Shown here: piece after piece, positions 35,121 through 44,556 of the stretch
Layout: the number at the start of each line of letters is the position of its first letter
Numbering within the stretch: position 1 is the first letter of the stretch
Origin: Longimicrobiales bacterium
Lineage (GTDB): Bacteria; Gemmatimonadota; Gemmatimonadetes; Longimicrobiales; Gaopeijiaceae
Assembly (NCBI GenBank): GCA_965198065.1
Contig: CBDAON010000004.1
Coordinates: 1,120,001-1,184,000, forward strand
Length of the DNA stretch: 64,000 bases
Direction of reading: 5' to 3'
Notes under the pieces: generated by a model
The model's database searches: none
Told to the model about the DNA's origin: nothing
The model's input: only the letters and a program-made list of their open reading frames with translations
Position numbers and translations under genes: made by a program

Positions 35121-35345
35121 CGGACTGTCGCCCTGAGCGGTGAACACAGAGACGGGTGATGAGCCGCGTCCGGAAAGGCGCGACGACGAGGCAAAGAGGC
35201 GCTATTCCGAGGAGTAGCAACGCCGCCGGAGCGAGTCCAGCTCCCGTCGCATGTCATCGATTCATCGGTTGCAGTCCACTGGGGCCGGCCGCACCCCGTG
35301 GACGCTCGGGACCGGATACGTGGGATCCCGGCCGACCCTGCATTC

Positions 35346-36209
35346 CTACGGGTCTGGAGCGGCCGAGAGCTCGGCACTAGTCGGGCGCTGAGCTCGCCGC
35401 TCCCTCAGGAGGATCCGAACACCCCAGACTGAAAGGAGCAGGGCCAGTGGAAGGATCACCAGGGGCGGCTCGGCCTGGGCTTCCCCGATCCGATCCCTGC
35501 TCACGGGGGCCGATGTGACGGCGAGGATGAGCGCGTTGTTCACGCCGTGGAGCAGCATCGAGAGGGGGAGGGAGCCGGTGGCGACAACGATCCCCCCGAG
35601 GACCACCCCGAGCCACGCCGTGGGAACGAAACGGAACGCGGTCTCCGGGGAGAGGTGGAAAGCTCCGAAGAGGATCCCCGCGCCCAGGACTGCCCACATC
35701 GTGGGAAGCGCCGCCCGAAACCCCGAAAGGACGATCCCCCGGAACACGACCTCTTCCACCACCGCCGGCACGAGCGCGGCCACCAAGAGAATCCAGAGGA
35801 AGCGGCCGAGCGAGTCCGCGCGAAGCGCGGTCGCCATCGTCTCCAGGTACTCCACGGGAACCGGGACCACGAGGCTTTGGGCCCAGGCGAGGAACCAGGC
35901 AAGCTGGACCCCACCGACCAGCACGATGACGCCTCCGGCGACCTGACCGCGGGTCGGCCATCGGAGGGACAGGGTGCGCACTGGGTCGAAGCGGCCCAGC
36001 CGGATGAACAGGAGGCTCGGGAGGAGAAGGAGCAGAAGCTGAGCCAACAGGAGGGCCGTCTCCCCGAGAAGCATCTGGAGCGGGATGCCGCCGAGCGTGA
36101 AGAGCCCGGCCAGCACCAGGACGAACGCGAGCGTGGGTCCCAGCCCGGGAACCGCAGGGCGGCTCGGCGGAGGACCCCGGGGGCCGTCCGGGACAGCCGG
36201 CTCCGTCAC
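35346..36209 (-). CDS. CPBP/Abi (CAAX-like) intramembrane glutamic endopeptidase
   Basis: EEVVFRG, FGAFH and HGVNN motifs with multiple TM segments. Confidence 0.88.
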   Translation of the reverse strand: MTEPAVPDGPRGPPPSRPAVPGLGPTLAFVLVLAGLFTLGGIPLQMLLGETALLLAQLLLLLLPSLLFIRLGRFDPVRTLSLRWPTRGQVAGGVIVLVGGVQLAWFLAWAQSLVVPVPVEYLETMATALRADSLGRFLWILLVAALVPAVVEEVVFRGIVLSGFRAALPTMWAVLGAGILFGAFHLSPETAFRFVPTAWLGVVLGGIVVATGSLPLSMLLHGVNNALILAVTSAPVSRDRIGEAQAEPPLVILPLALLLSVWGVRILLRERRAQRPTSAELSAAPDP

Positions 36210-37438
36210 TCGTACCGGAGAGCCGCGATCGGATCGAGCCGGGCCGCCCGCTGCGCAGGCCAGATCCCGAAGAAGAGACCGATCCCCGCCGAGAAGGCGA
36301 GAGCGACGACCACCGCCGTAAGCGACACGATCGAGCCGCCGCGCGCGAACGCCTCGAGCTGTGGCGCGCTCGCGACCAGATGGGCGCCCCCAGCCCCGGC
36401 CAGGACACCCAGCGCGCCGCCCAGGATGCAGAGCACGAGCGCCTCTGCCATGAACTGGAAGAGGATGTTCGTCCGGGTCGCCCCGAGCGCCTTCCGGATC
36501 CCGATCTCGCGGGTCCGCTCCGTGACACTCACGAGCATGATGTTCATGATCCCGATGCCGCCCACCAGGAGCGACACCGCGGCGATGCCCGCGAGGAGGT
36601 AGGTGAAGGTCTGGCTCGTCTCCTGGAGGGAAGTGAGCAGGTCGGTCGGATTACGGATTTCGAAGTCGGCGGCGGCCCCGGCCACCACCCTGTGCTCACG
36701 CCGGAGGATGAGGTCGATCATCGCGAACGCCTCGTCCATACCGCTCGGCCCCGCGTCCACCTTCGCGAGAATCGTACGGAGCCGGTCGCGCCCCCCGAAG
36801 AGCCGGTACGTCGCCGTGTTCAAGGGGATGTACACCGTCTCGTCGGGCCGGGAGAAGCCCATGTCTCCCTTTTCGGCCATCACCCCGATGACCTCGAACT
36901 GCTCGCCGGCGATCCGGATGGAGCGGCCCACGAGCAACGGCGCCGGCGTCCCCAGGCGCTCAGGCAACGCGTGTCCCAGGACGGCCACCCTCCGGCGACC
37001 CTGGTCCTCCGATTCCGTGAAGAAGCGGCCGAACTCGACCTCCAGGTGATACACGTCCAGGTACGACGGCCACGTTCCCATGACCTCGTGGGAGCTGTTC
37101 CAGCGCTGGTTGACGATCTGCTGCCGGTTCGCGATCTCGGGCGCGATCGTCACGATGCCCGCGAGCTCATCCTGAAGCGCGATGGCATCGCCCGTGTAGA
37201 GCCGGCTGTCCCCCTGGGCCACACCGTCCCGGCGCGCCTGGGACGGGCGGATCGTGAGCACGTCGGTCCCCATGCGCTGGATCCGCTCCTCGACCTGGCG
37301 CTGGGCACCCTCCCCGAGCGCCACCATCGTGATGACGGCGGCCACGCCGATGATGATCCCCAGACAGGTTAGGAACGAACGGAGCAGGTTCGCCCGGATG
37401 GCTGAGAGTGAGACGAGGAAGAGCTCCTTGATCAGCAT
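36206..37438 (-). CDS. MacB/FtsX-type ABC transporter permease
   Basis: LRSFLTCLGIIIG, GGIGIMNIMLVSVTERTREIGIRKALGA, DPIAALRYE. Confidence 0.92.
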   Translation of the reverse strand: MLIKELFLVSLSAIRANLLRSFLTCLGIIIGVAAVITMVALGEGAQRQVEERIQRMGTDVLTIRPSQARRDGVAQGDSRLYTGDAIALQDELAGIVTIAPEIANRQQIVNQRWNSSHEVMGTWPSYLDVYHLEVEFGRFFTESEDQGRRRVAVLGHALPERLGTPAPLLVGRSIRIAGEQFEVIGVMAEKGDMGFSRPDETVYIPLNTATYRLFGGRDRLRTILAKVDAGPSGMDEAFAMIDLILRREHRVVAGAAADFEIRNPTDLLTSLQETSQTFTYLLAGIAAVSLLVGGIGIMNIMLVSVTERTREIGIRKALGATRTNILFQFMAEALVLCILGGALGVLAGAGGAHLVASAPQLEAFARGGSIVSLTAVVVALAFSAGIGLFFGIWPAQRAARLDPIAALRYE

Positions 37439-37496
37439 GGCCTCACCTGGGATCGGCGCGTTTCAGGGGCTGGGCGCGTTCGTCGGGGGCCGGAGC

Positions 37497-39017
37497 CTAG
37501 AACCGAAAATTTATGCGCCCGCCGAACCTGCTGTCCTGCTGCGATTGCTGGGAGACACCCCCGAGGAGCGCGACGGTCTCGCCCTCCTCGACGCCGGCCA
37601 TGATCTCGGAGTTGCTCCAGTCGGTCACACCCACGAGAACCGCTCTCGCGGTGAAAGCACCGCTCTGGTCCTGGACGAACACGACCCCGGGGCGCGCGTC
37701 GTCCGGTTGGGTCGATCGGCTCGTCGTGGACGCGCCACCCCCACGCCCCCCACGCCCGCCGCCGCCCCGAAGCGCGAACCCTCCGCCGCCCCCGAACTGC
37801 TGGACGAGCGCCCGCATCTGGGCTGGATCCACCTGGCCCCGCCCCGCCTGAATCTGCGCCCGGAGCTCCTCCAGGCTCGCGGGACCCTGCCCGTCACCCG
37901 CCGTCCCTGGCCGGCCCCGGCCCGAGGCGTCGCCGGGAGCACCTTGTCCCGCGGCCGGGCCGCCCGCCAGCTGGGCCCTGAGCTCCTGAAAGCCGGACTG
38001 ATCGGCGAGCAGCCGGTCGTCGGGAACGCCCAGCACCTCGGCCGCAGCCAGCATCTCGGTAAACGCCACGATCGCGTGGTTCGGGAGCGCGAGCGCGTCC
38101 GCGCGCTCCGCGATCAGGATCGTCACGTTCGCGCTCATGCCCGGCTTGAGTAGCCCGTCCGAGTTATCCAGCGTCACGATCACGGGGAAGCTCACGACTC
38201 CCTGCTGGACGGTCGCCTGGGCCTCGATCTTCTCCACCTGGCCCTGGAAGGTCCGCTCCGGAAACGCGTCCACGTAGACCGTAGCCGCCATCCCCGGCTG
38301 GAGGCGCCCCACGTCGCCCTCGTTCACCATGCTGCGGACCTGCATGAGGCTCAGGTCGGCGATCGTGAAGAGCACCGTCCCCCCCGACACGTTCCCGGAC
38401 GGAGAAGAGATGACCTGGCCCTGCTCCACGCTGCGGGTCAGCACCGTGCCCGGGAGCGGCGCCCGGATCGTCACGTCCTCGAGCCTGAGGCGCTGGAGAT
38501 CGAGGGTCGTCTGGGCGCGGATGAGCGATGCCTGCGAGTTCGCGAAGTCGAGGTTCCGGCTCTCGTGATCTTGCGCGGTGATCACGTTGGCGGCGAGCAG
38601 GTCCGCAGAGCGCTCGAGCTGCGCCCTCGAGATCTCAAGGCGCTCACGAGCCACCTGGTAATCCGCCTCGGCCTGATCGAAGGCGTTCTGCACGTCCCGC
38701 GGATCGATCTCCGCCATGAGCGCACTTTCCTCGATCCGGTCTCCCGTATCGACGAGTACGGACACGACCTCGCCCGAGGCCTTGGACATGACCTCCACGC
38801 TCCGGACCGGCGCGAGTGATCCCGCGGCCTCCGCCACGATCTCGAGGTTCATGCGAGCGACCTCGGTCGCACTGATCACATCGGTCTCGTCCGCCTCACC
38901 GGCCGCGCACCCGGCAACCGCTACGGCGAGGAGGAGCGACCAGCTCCTCCGGTGGGCTCCGCTCACGTGCTCGGATCTGTTCATGGTGACCCTCTGGAAA
39001 AGTCGCTTATTCCTCAA
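37497..39017 (-). CDS. MacA-like efflux periplasmic adaptor lipoprotein
   Basis: Lipobox [32 protein letters not shown], and a Gly-rich insert. Alternative start ATG 38984. Confidence 0.88.
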   Translation of the reverse strand: MRNKRLFQRVTMNRSEHVSGAHRRSWSLLLAVAVAGCAAGEADETDVISATEVARMNLEIVAEAAGSLAPVRSVEVMSKASGEVVSVLVDTGDRIEESALMAEIDPRDVQNAFDQAEADYQVARERLEISRAQLERSADLLAANVITAQDHESRNLDFANSQASLIRAQTTLDLQRLRLEDVTIRAPLPGTVLTRSVEQGQVISSPSGNVSGGTVLFTIADLSLMQVRSMVNEGDVGRLQPGMAATVYVDAFPERTFQGQVEKIEAQATVQQGVVSFPVIVTLDNSDGLLKPGMSANVTILIAERADALALPNHAIVAFTEMLAAAEVLGVPDDRLLADQSGFQELRAQLAGGPAAGQGAPGDASGRGRPGTAGDGQGPASLEELRAQIQAGRGQVDPAQMRALVQQFGGGGGFALRGGGGRGGRGGGASTTSRSTQPDDARPGVVFVQDQSGAFTARAVLVGVTDWSNSEIMAGVEEGETVALLGGVSQQSQQDSRFGGRINFRF

Positions 39018-39805
39018 AAGCCGCTCGTTCCTCGTTCCGTCGTCGCCGCACCGGCCAGGCCGGCCGCCCGCTGGTCCTGGCTCAGGAAGTCGCGCTCGAC
39101 GATCCCGTCCCTGAGATGCACCTGCCGCTTCGCGTAATCCGCGATATAGCGCTCGTGGGTCACGAGGATGATCGTCTGACCCGCATCGTTCAGCCCAGCG
39201 AAGATCCCCATCACTTCATCGCCGGTCTTCGAGTCCAGGTTTCCCGTCGGCTCGTCCGCGAGGAGGATAGCCGGATCGTTCACGAGCGCGCGCGCGATGG
39301 CCACGCGCTGCCTCTGTCCCCCCGAGAGCTCGGGTGGCTTGTGATTCATCCGGTCGCCCAGCCCCACGAGGTCGAGCTTCTCCACCGCCCGCCTCCTTCG
39401 CTCGCCCCCCTGGACTCCGGCATAGATCAGGGGAAGCTCCACGTTCTGGAGCGCGTTGGCCCGCGGGAGCAGGTTGAACGTCTGGAAGACGAACCCGATC
39501 TCCTTGTTCCGGATGCGGGCGAGACGGCGCTCCGAGAGTTGCCCCGCCTCCTGTCCGTTCAGCCAGTACTCGCCGGCCGTCGGTGTGTCGAGACAGCCGA
39601 GGAGATTCATGAGCGTGGTCTTGCCCGAGCCGGACGGCCCCATGAGGGCGACGAACTCGCCTTCGCGGATCTCCAGGTCCACGTCCCTCACGGCGCGCAC
39701 GGTCTCGACGCCCAGGACGTAGTCCTTGCCAAGACCTCGGGTCCGGATGATCGCTTCCACCGGCTCCGCGTCGGATACAAAGTGCGCGTCGGATGCTGTG
39801 CTCAT
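39014..39805 (-). CDS. MacB/LolD-type ABC ATP-binding protein
   Basis: [36 protein letters not shown]. Confidence 0.93.
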   Translation of the reverse strand: MSTASDAHFVSDAEPVEAIIRTRGLGKDYVLGVETVRAVRDVDLEIREGEFVALMGPSGSGKTTLMNLLGCLDTPTAGEYWLNGQEAGQLSERRLARIRNKEIGFVFQTFNLLPRANALQNVELPLIYAGVQGGERRRRAVEKLDLVGLGDRMNHKPPELSGGQRQRVAIARALVNDPAILLADEPTGNLDSKTGDEVMGIFAGLNDAGQTIILVTHERYIADYAKRQVHLRDGIVERDFLSQDQRAAGLAGAATTERGTSGF

Positions 39806-39910
39806 CGATGCCGCGATTCCCGTCCACGGGGGCAGAGGGAGACGGGTAAAGCTCTCGGCCCCTCGGATCTGAGGGACGTCGTCGCTCGAAGAAATGTTAA
39901 CACGAGAAGG

Positions 39911-40327
39911 TCAGCGCCGCCCCTCGGAGCTCCTGCGCTCCCGCCGGGACTCCGCGGCCGCGTCGATCGAGTCGTAGCGAATCCGCTGTTCCTCCGTGAG
40001 AATCTCCATGAGCGCGCGGTTGGCGGATTCCATCATCTGCCGGAAGGAAGGGCGGTACTCGCGCTGCAGGTCGCTCATCCGTCGCCGGTACTCGACCACG
40101 ACCGAGTCCACCCCCGCTCTCTGATCGGAAGTGAGATCCAGCCGGTCGATGATCCATCCCCTCGGCGGGGAGCTGTCCCGATCGGCCTGGGGAACCTCCT
40201 CCCCCGCGGGGGAGGCCGGCTCGCCGCGGCTGGCGACGAAGCCGACGGCCACGCCCGCCCCGAACATCCCCGCGAACACCGACGCCGCCCCGAACCGCAC
40301 TCTCCGATCGTGCGTCAGGATCATCAT
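39911..40327 (-). CDS. Hypothetical periplasmic helical protein (Spy/CpxP/ZraP-like)
   Basis: N-terminal TM segment with LDLTSDQ and ILTEEQ (LTxxQ-like) repeats. Confidence 0.6.
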   Translation of the reverse strand: MMILTHDRRVRFGAASVFAGMFGAGVAVGFVASRGEPASPAGEEVPQADRDSSPPRGWIIDRLDLTSDQRAGVDSVVVEYRRRMSDLQREYRPSFRQMMESANRALMEILTEEQRIRYDSIDAAAESRRERRSSEGRR

Positions 40328-40722
40328 CTTCCCACCCTGAACACCCGCTGCCCCTCGACCGCGAAGAGCACGTCGTCACGGTCCACGACCTGATCCGAGT
40401 GCAGGAACTCAGGCAGGGGTGCCTCTCCGTCCGACGGAACCGAGAGCACCTCCTCCAGCCCGACGACGGACAGGAGCTCCTCTTCCGAATCGCGTTGGAC
40501 AAAGAGGAGGGCCGCGAAAGCAGCTGCGGCCACGGCCATCGGAACGACCAGCCTTCCCCAGGACAGGACCACGTCCCCGAGCGTGAGAACGGCGCGGCGT
40601 CGGGCGGCCAGCTCCGAGGCCACCGCGTTCAGGACCCGCTCCCGAAAGCGAAGCCAGTAGCCGGGATCACGACGGCCGGGATCCAGCTCGGCGAGCAATA
40701 GCTCGGGGTCGATCCGATTCAT
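40324..40722 (-). CDS. Probable membrane anti-sigma factor
   Basis: Coupled (ATGA) to the ECF sigma gene. Cytoplasmic DPGYW-x2-F region followed by a single TM segment. Confidence 0.6.
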   Translation of the reverse strand: MNRIDPELLLAELDPGRRDPGYWLRFRERVLNAVASELAARRRAVLTLGDVVLSWGRLVVPMAVAAAAFAALLFVQRDSEEELLSVVGLEEVLSVPSDGEAPLPEFLHSDQVVDRDDVLFAVEGQRVFRVGR

Positions 40723-41294
40723 CCCTGTCGCTCCTCCGCCTCGGGATCCCTGAGCCCGCTCAGGCATTCCCTGAGCCGCTGCCGCGCGAAGTGCAGGTGG
40801 GACCTCACCGTCCCGGCCGGCATGTCCAGCTTTCGCGCGATCTCCCGGTGCTTCCACCCCTCCAGGTCGTGCAGAATGACAACCGCACGCTGCGCGTCCG
40901 TAAGCTCCGTAAGGGCCCGGATCAGCTCGGCTTCGAGCTCCCTTCGCTCGGTGACCCGGTCGGGCCCCGGTGCCGGCGACTTGAGGTCGAAGGGGAGCGC
41001 CTCCCCTTGCCTGAGCGCTTCTCGCCGCACGAGGTTTCGCGCTCGATTCCTGACAATCGCGAGAAACCAGCCGGCGAACTTCTCCGGGTTCCTACACTCG
41101 TCGATTCGCTCGAGCGCGACGACGAACGCCTCCTGTGCGGCGTCCTCCGCATCCTCGTGTCTTCGAGTGACCGACAGCGCGAGCCCGTACGCGGCTCTAG
41201 CGTACCGCGACACGAGCTCTCCATATGCCTCTCCTTCTCCGAGCCCGGCCCGAGCGACCAGCTCCGCATCGCTGAGCTCGGAGTGTGCTCCCAT
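40719..41294 (-). CDS. ECF (sigma-70 family) RNA polymerase sigma factor
   Basis: SDAELV, DAEDAAQEAF, WFLAIVRN, HDLEGWKHREIA, GTVRSHLHFAR. Confidence 0.9.
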   Translation of the reverse strand: MGAHSELSDAELVARAGLGEGEAYGELVSRYARAAYGLALSVTRRHEDAEDAAQEAFVVALERIDECRNPEKFAGWFLAIVRNRARNLVRREALRQGEALPFDLKSPAPGPDRVTERRELEAELIRALTELTDAQRAVVILHDLEGWKHREIARKLDMPAGTVRSHLHFARQRLRECLSGLRDPEAEERQG

Positions 41295-41493
41295 GAGAAC
41301 GACACCGGGAAGTGAGTACCTGTTGAAGGCGACCCGGGGCGCGCGCCGACCCTTCTTCCCACGGGGCGCTCTCCGCACGGGAGCCAGCGGAAAGAAATTG
41401 GCACTCCGGGGGACGGAGCGCCGCACCCATTTACGAGAAGAGGGGCAGAAAGGTTCCTGCCCCGCGTAAGGACTTTCGTAAGGAACTTGTAGC

Positions 41494-41709
41494 CTACGAG
41501 GCCTGCTTCCAGCGCCCGAACGGAAGGGTGGGCGAGGCGGGCAGCTCCTCCCCGTACACAAACGCGACGACGCGGGGGTGTTGCCGATCCGTGCGGGTCC
41601 CGAGCCCGCCGTCGGTGACGACGATGCCGGGGGCATCGGTTGCCCGTGCCTCTGCGGTCTGAGGATCCGGGGTGTAGAGGTTGGGGATGTCCATGGTCCG
41701 TGTCTTCAT
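41494..41709 (-). CDS. Possible small hypothetical protein (71 aa)
   Basis: GGGAGA RBS before ATG 41709, MKTRTMDIPNLYTP...WKQAS. No recognisable family. Confidence 0.4.
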   Translation of the reverse strand: MKTRTMDIPNLYTPDPQTAEARATDAPGIVVTDGGLGTRTDRQHPRVVAFVYGEELPASPTLPFGRWKQAS

Positions 41710-41876
41710 CAGTCTCCCGATGGGGTCATGGTCCGGCCTTCCCGTCGTTCGTCGCGCTTCGGGCTTGCGAGGCATCAAGCGTGCCAGCCAGGAGCCGTAG
41801 CGGAAAGCGTTGCGGCGAGCGGGGTTCCGCAAATCAGGAGCGGGGCACAGCATCCACGGCGTATCGGTTTGACGAC

Positions 41877-41905
41877 AGCATCCGTGTCGTAACGACACGG
41901 ATGCT
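41877..41905. repeat. Perfect 14-bp inverted repeat AGCATCCGTGTCGT-A-ACGACACGGATGCT
   Basis: Read directly. It is intergenic, with an extra ACAGCATCC copy at 41847-41855. Confidence 0.85.
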
Positions 41906-42007
41906 CCAGAGCACGGACCGTGCCTTTGGTCGTGGGGAGCCTCTTGGCCCAAGCGTGGCCCCAGGAAGGAGCGCGGCCTGGAAGGGAGAACGACGCCGGG
42001 CTCCCGC

Positions 42008-42397
42008 TCAGGGTGGGGGAGCCGGTGCTCTGGCGCGCCGGTGGAGATCGGCGAGATCCTCGTCGGACAGCGCATCCAGCGACGTCCCCACCGCCAGAAC
42101 CTGGCGCTGGTCCGGCGCGCCCTCCCCCTCCAGGGTGAACGTAACCATGAGGAGCGGGGCGCCCGCGTCGCTGCCGCACCCGGTCCGCGTCGCCCCGTCG
42201 ACCCGGACGGCCCACCTCCCTTCGGGTGTATCGACGCATCGGAGCCCCGCGGGCTCGAGGGCTCCCCCGGTCCCGGACGGCGAAGCGGGTTTGGCGTACC
42301 CGTCCCCGGGTTCGGCAGCCGAATCCGCCGCCCGCTCGGACTCGGATGACCCGAGACTCTCGCGTACGGGCGTGGGGCGGTGCAACGGGTCACCCAC
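42008..42397 (-). CDS. Hypothetical protein
   Basis: ORF overlapping the PTPS-like stop by 8 nt. The C-terminal WAVRVDG...GAPLLMVTF...LSDEDL region looks like a folded domain. Confidence 0.55.
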   Translation of the reverse strand: MGDPLHRPTPVRESLGSSESERAADSAAEPGDGYAKPASPSGTGGALEPAGLRCVDTPEGRWAVRVDGATRTGCGSDAGAPLLMVTFTLEGEGAPDQRQVLAVGTSLDALSDEDLADLHRRARAPAPPP

Positions 42398-42824
42398 GGC
42401 TCACGCCCCCGCCGGACACTTCCGCTCCCAGCCCGTCCGCCTCCCAGATCCGCACCCGACGAAGCGAGGCGCGCCCCGGGATCCGGTCCTCAAGGTTACG
42501 CCACAGCCAGATCGCCAGCTCCTCGGTGGACGGGAGGATCTCCCCACGCCGAACCTCGGGAATGGCTTCGTTCAGGTCCGCGCCGCGGAGCGGCCCCAAC
42601 ACGTCGTCCAGGAGACGGTCCAGCTCGGACAGGTCGGCGACCCATCCGGTCTCCGGGTCGATCGGCCCGCTCACGACGGCCTCGGCCCGGAAGTCGTGCC
42701 GATGAGGCTCGGCCTGGGCACCGAAGACGATCCGGTTCCGCTCCGCGGTCCACTCCTGCCGCCAGTAACGGTGCACGGCCGAGAAGCCGAACACCCGGAT
42801 CAGGGAAACGTCATTCATCGACAC
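42390..42824 (-). CDS. 6-pyruvoyl/6-carboxy-tetrahydropterin synthase (PTPS/QueD) family
   Basis: FSAVHRY, N-x2-VFG, HRHDF, GPIDPETG, PSTEEL, VRIWE. Confidence 0.82.
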   Translation of the reverse strand: MSMNDVSLIRVFGFSAVHRYWRQEWTAERNRIVFGAQAEPHRHDFRAEAVVSGPIDPETGWVADLSELDRLLDDVLGPLRGADLNEAIPEVRRGEILPSTEELAIWLWRNLEDRIPGRASLRRVRIWEADGLGAEVSGGGVSRG

Positions 42825-42942
42825 CCTCGCGCCGTATGTTTACTCCCGGTCGGCCTGGCGGCCTCGCCATGGCACTCTAACGCCTCCCGTACCAGATTAC
42901 CTGTACGGTAGCCCGAGGTCGATCCTCACCCGGCCGTAAGCC

Positions 42943-43305
42943 ATGGGAAAGTACGACGACATATCCCCGGATCGCCTGCGCGCCGATCTCGTCGCGTTCG
43001 CGCAGCTCATCGTTCGGCTCGAGGGCGAGGACGGGCTTCTCGAGTCGCCCGCAGAGTTCCAACGCTTGCTGGGAGATCTGCGCCAGAAGCTCTTCGCATA
43101 CGAGGTGCGCTCGAGTCGTTTCGGAACGGACGGGACGGCTGCGTCCGGCGAGCCGAGCTCGGTGTCTCGGAGAACCTCGGGAGAACTTGACGACCGGGTT
43201 CTCCGGCAGTCCTTGAGAGTTGTCCGCGAGGCCATCCGGCGCAGGGAGGAGATGGAACAGGAGTGGATGGGCGCGGCCCCGGACGATGACGAAGATCACG
43301 ACTGA
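42943..43305 (+). CDS. Hypothetical protein
   Basis: 120-aa helical ORF (LGDLRQKLFAYEVR) with coding-like codon usage. Confidence 0.65.
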   Translation: MGKYDDISPDRLRADLVAFAQLIVRLEGEDGLLESPAEFQRLLGDLRQKLFAYEVRSSRFGTDGTAASGEPSSVSRRTSGELDDRVLRQSLRVVREAIRRREEMEQEWMGAAPDDDEDHD

Positions 43306-43771
43306 GGACGACGCCTCGCCGGAGAGGACGAGAATCTGCTCCCAGCTCCAGAGGCATCAGGAGCGGGCGCTCCAGATCCTCAACGAAGCGAAGGCCGAGC
43401 TCGGTTCCCCGCTCACCAAGACGCTCCTTCAGCGCCTGCAGAACGACGGGGCCGCGGAGGTGGTGGACTGCGTCCGGCAGGTAGTGGCCAGGCTCGAAGA
43501 CGCGATTCGAGCGACTGAGTACTCCCAGTCCGAGATCCACCGCGAGCTACTCACGACCCGGGGCACGGTCGAGGCGGCGGGAGTCTCGAACCTGCCCCAG
43601 GGGCTGGCGCGCTTCCTCGCGGAGCGAAAGGACACCCCCGGCTTCACCTACGAGGTGCGGCAGGATGCGGTCCGCGGATGGATCATCGAGTGGAAGGAAT
43701 ACACCCACCGGGGCACGGTCCGCGGGTCGGGACAGTTTTACGAGCGGCCCTACGCTTGGATCGATCAGTGA
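43286..43771 (+). CDS. Hypothetical protein
   Basis: Overlaps the previous gene. The C-terminus is distinctive: QDAVRGWIIEWKEYT-x-RGTVRGSGQFYERPYAW. Confidence 0.7.
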   Translation: MTKITTEDDASPERTRICSQLQRHQERALQILNEAKAELGSPLTKTLLQRLQNDGAAEVVDCVRQVVARLEDAIRATEYSQSEIHRELLTTRGTVEAAGVSNLPQGLARFLAERKDTPGFTYEVRQDAVRGWIIEWKEYTHRGTVRGSGQFYERPYAWIDQ

Positions 43772-43784
43772 GGGTCGTGGGGCC

Positions 43785-44414
43785 TCACGGTTCGACCGGC
43801 GCCCCCAGGATCCAACCAGCGAGCTCCGGCGACGCCAGCGCGGACTCCACGGTCTCGGCGGGAATCGTCTCCCGCACCAGCGAGAGCGCATCTTCGCCGT
43901 AGAACATCGCGATCCAGCGCGCCTGGGTCGGCGTCACCCGCCTCACCGCCCAGACGAGGTGCACGTAGTTCGGCTCCCGCGGCTCCCTCCGGAGCGGCAT
44001 CCCCGCCCGAGCGGGCGCCCGGTTCCCCTTCCGGTTGTTGCACCGAGAGCAGGCGGTCACGACGTTCTCCCAGCCGTTCCCTCCTCCGAACGAGATCGGG
44101 ATCACGTGGTCCCGCGTGAGGAACTGGCGTCCCTTGAGCTCCTTCCGGTGGCGGCCACAGTACTGGCACGTGTAGTCGTCACGGGCAAACAGGAAGGTGT
44201 TCGTGACCTGGCGCCGGAACCTCCGGGGGACGCGCACGAAACGCACGAGGCGGATGACCGTCGGGCAGGGCAGGTCGTCCCGCTCCGAGCGGAAACGCTT
44301 CGCCTCGTCCACCTCGAGGATCTCGGCCTTTCGGTCGAGGACGAGTCGGATGGCTCTTCGAGCCGGAACCAGCGTGAGTGGCTCGAAGGACGCGTTCAGG
44401 GCCAGGCACCCCAT
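43785..44414 (-). CDS. HNH endonuclease (McrA-like, chromosomal type)
   Basis: LALNASFEPL, LFARDDYTCQYCG, LTRDHVIP-x3-GG, WENVVTACSRCNNRKG. Confidence 0.9.
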   Translation of the reverse strand: MGCLALNASFEPLTLVPARRAIRLVLDRKAEILEVDEAKRFRSERDDLPCPTVIRLVRFVRVPRRFRRQVTNTFLFARDDYTCQYCGRHRKELKGRQFLTRDHVIPISFGGGNGWENVVTACSRCNNRKGNRAPARAGMPLRREPREPNYVHLVWAVRRVTPTQARWIAMFYGEDALSLVRETIPAETVESALASPELAGWILGAPVEP

Positions 44415-44556
44415 CGAAAGGACGCGCTCCCGGAGTAGCAAAAGTGGCACCCCACCGAGCAGGACCCCAGTACGCAGGCGACCTGCTAAGTGACCGTCGT
44501 ACGGTAATGTAGCGGGCATTCCAAGGCAAAGGGGGCCCCAAGGGCCGCGGCGGCAG

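Noticed and set aside
35121..35345. Small ORF or RNA between convergent genes
   Set aside because: The hydrophobic stretch lacks a credible start (ATG-AAT-CGA-TGA closes at once), and no recognisable structure is present.
43785..44414. HNH nuclease as a mobile element or defence system
   Set aside because: It resembles the widespread stand-alone chromosomal McrA-like family, with no methylase, repeats, intron or transposase context.
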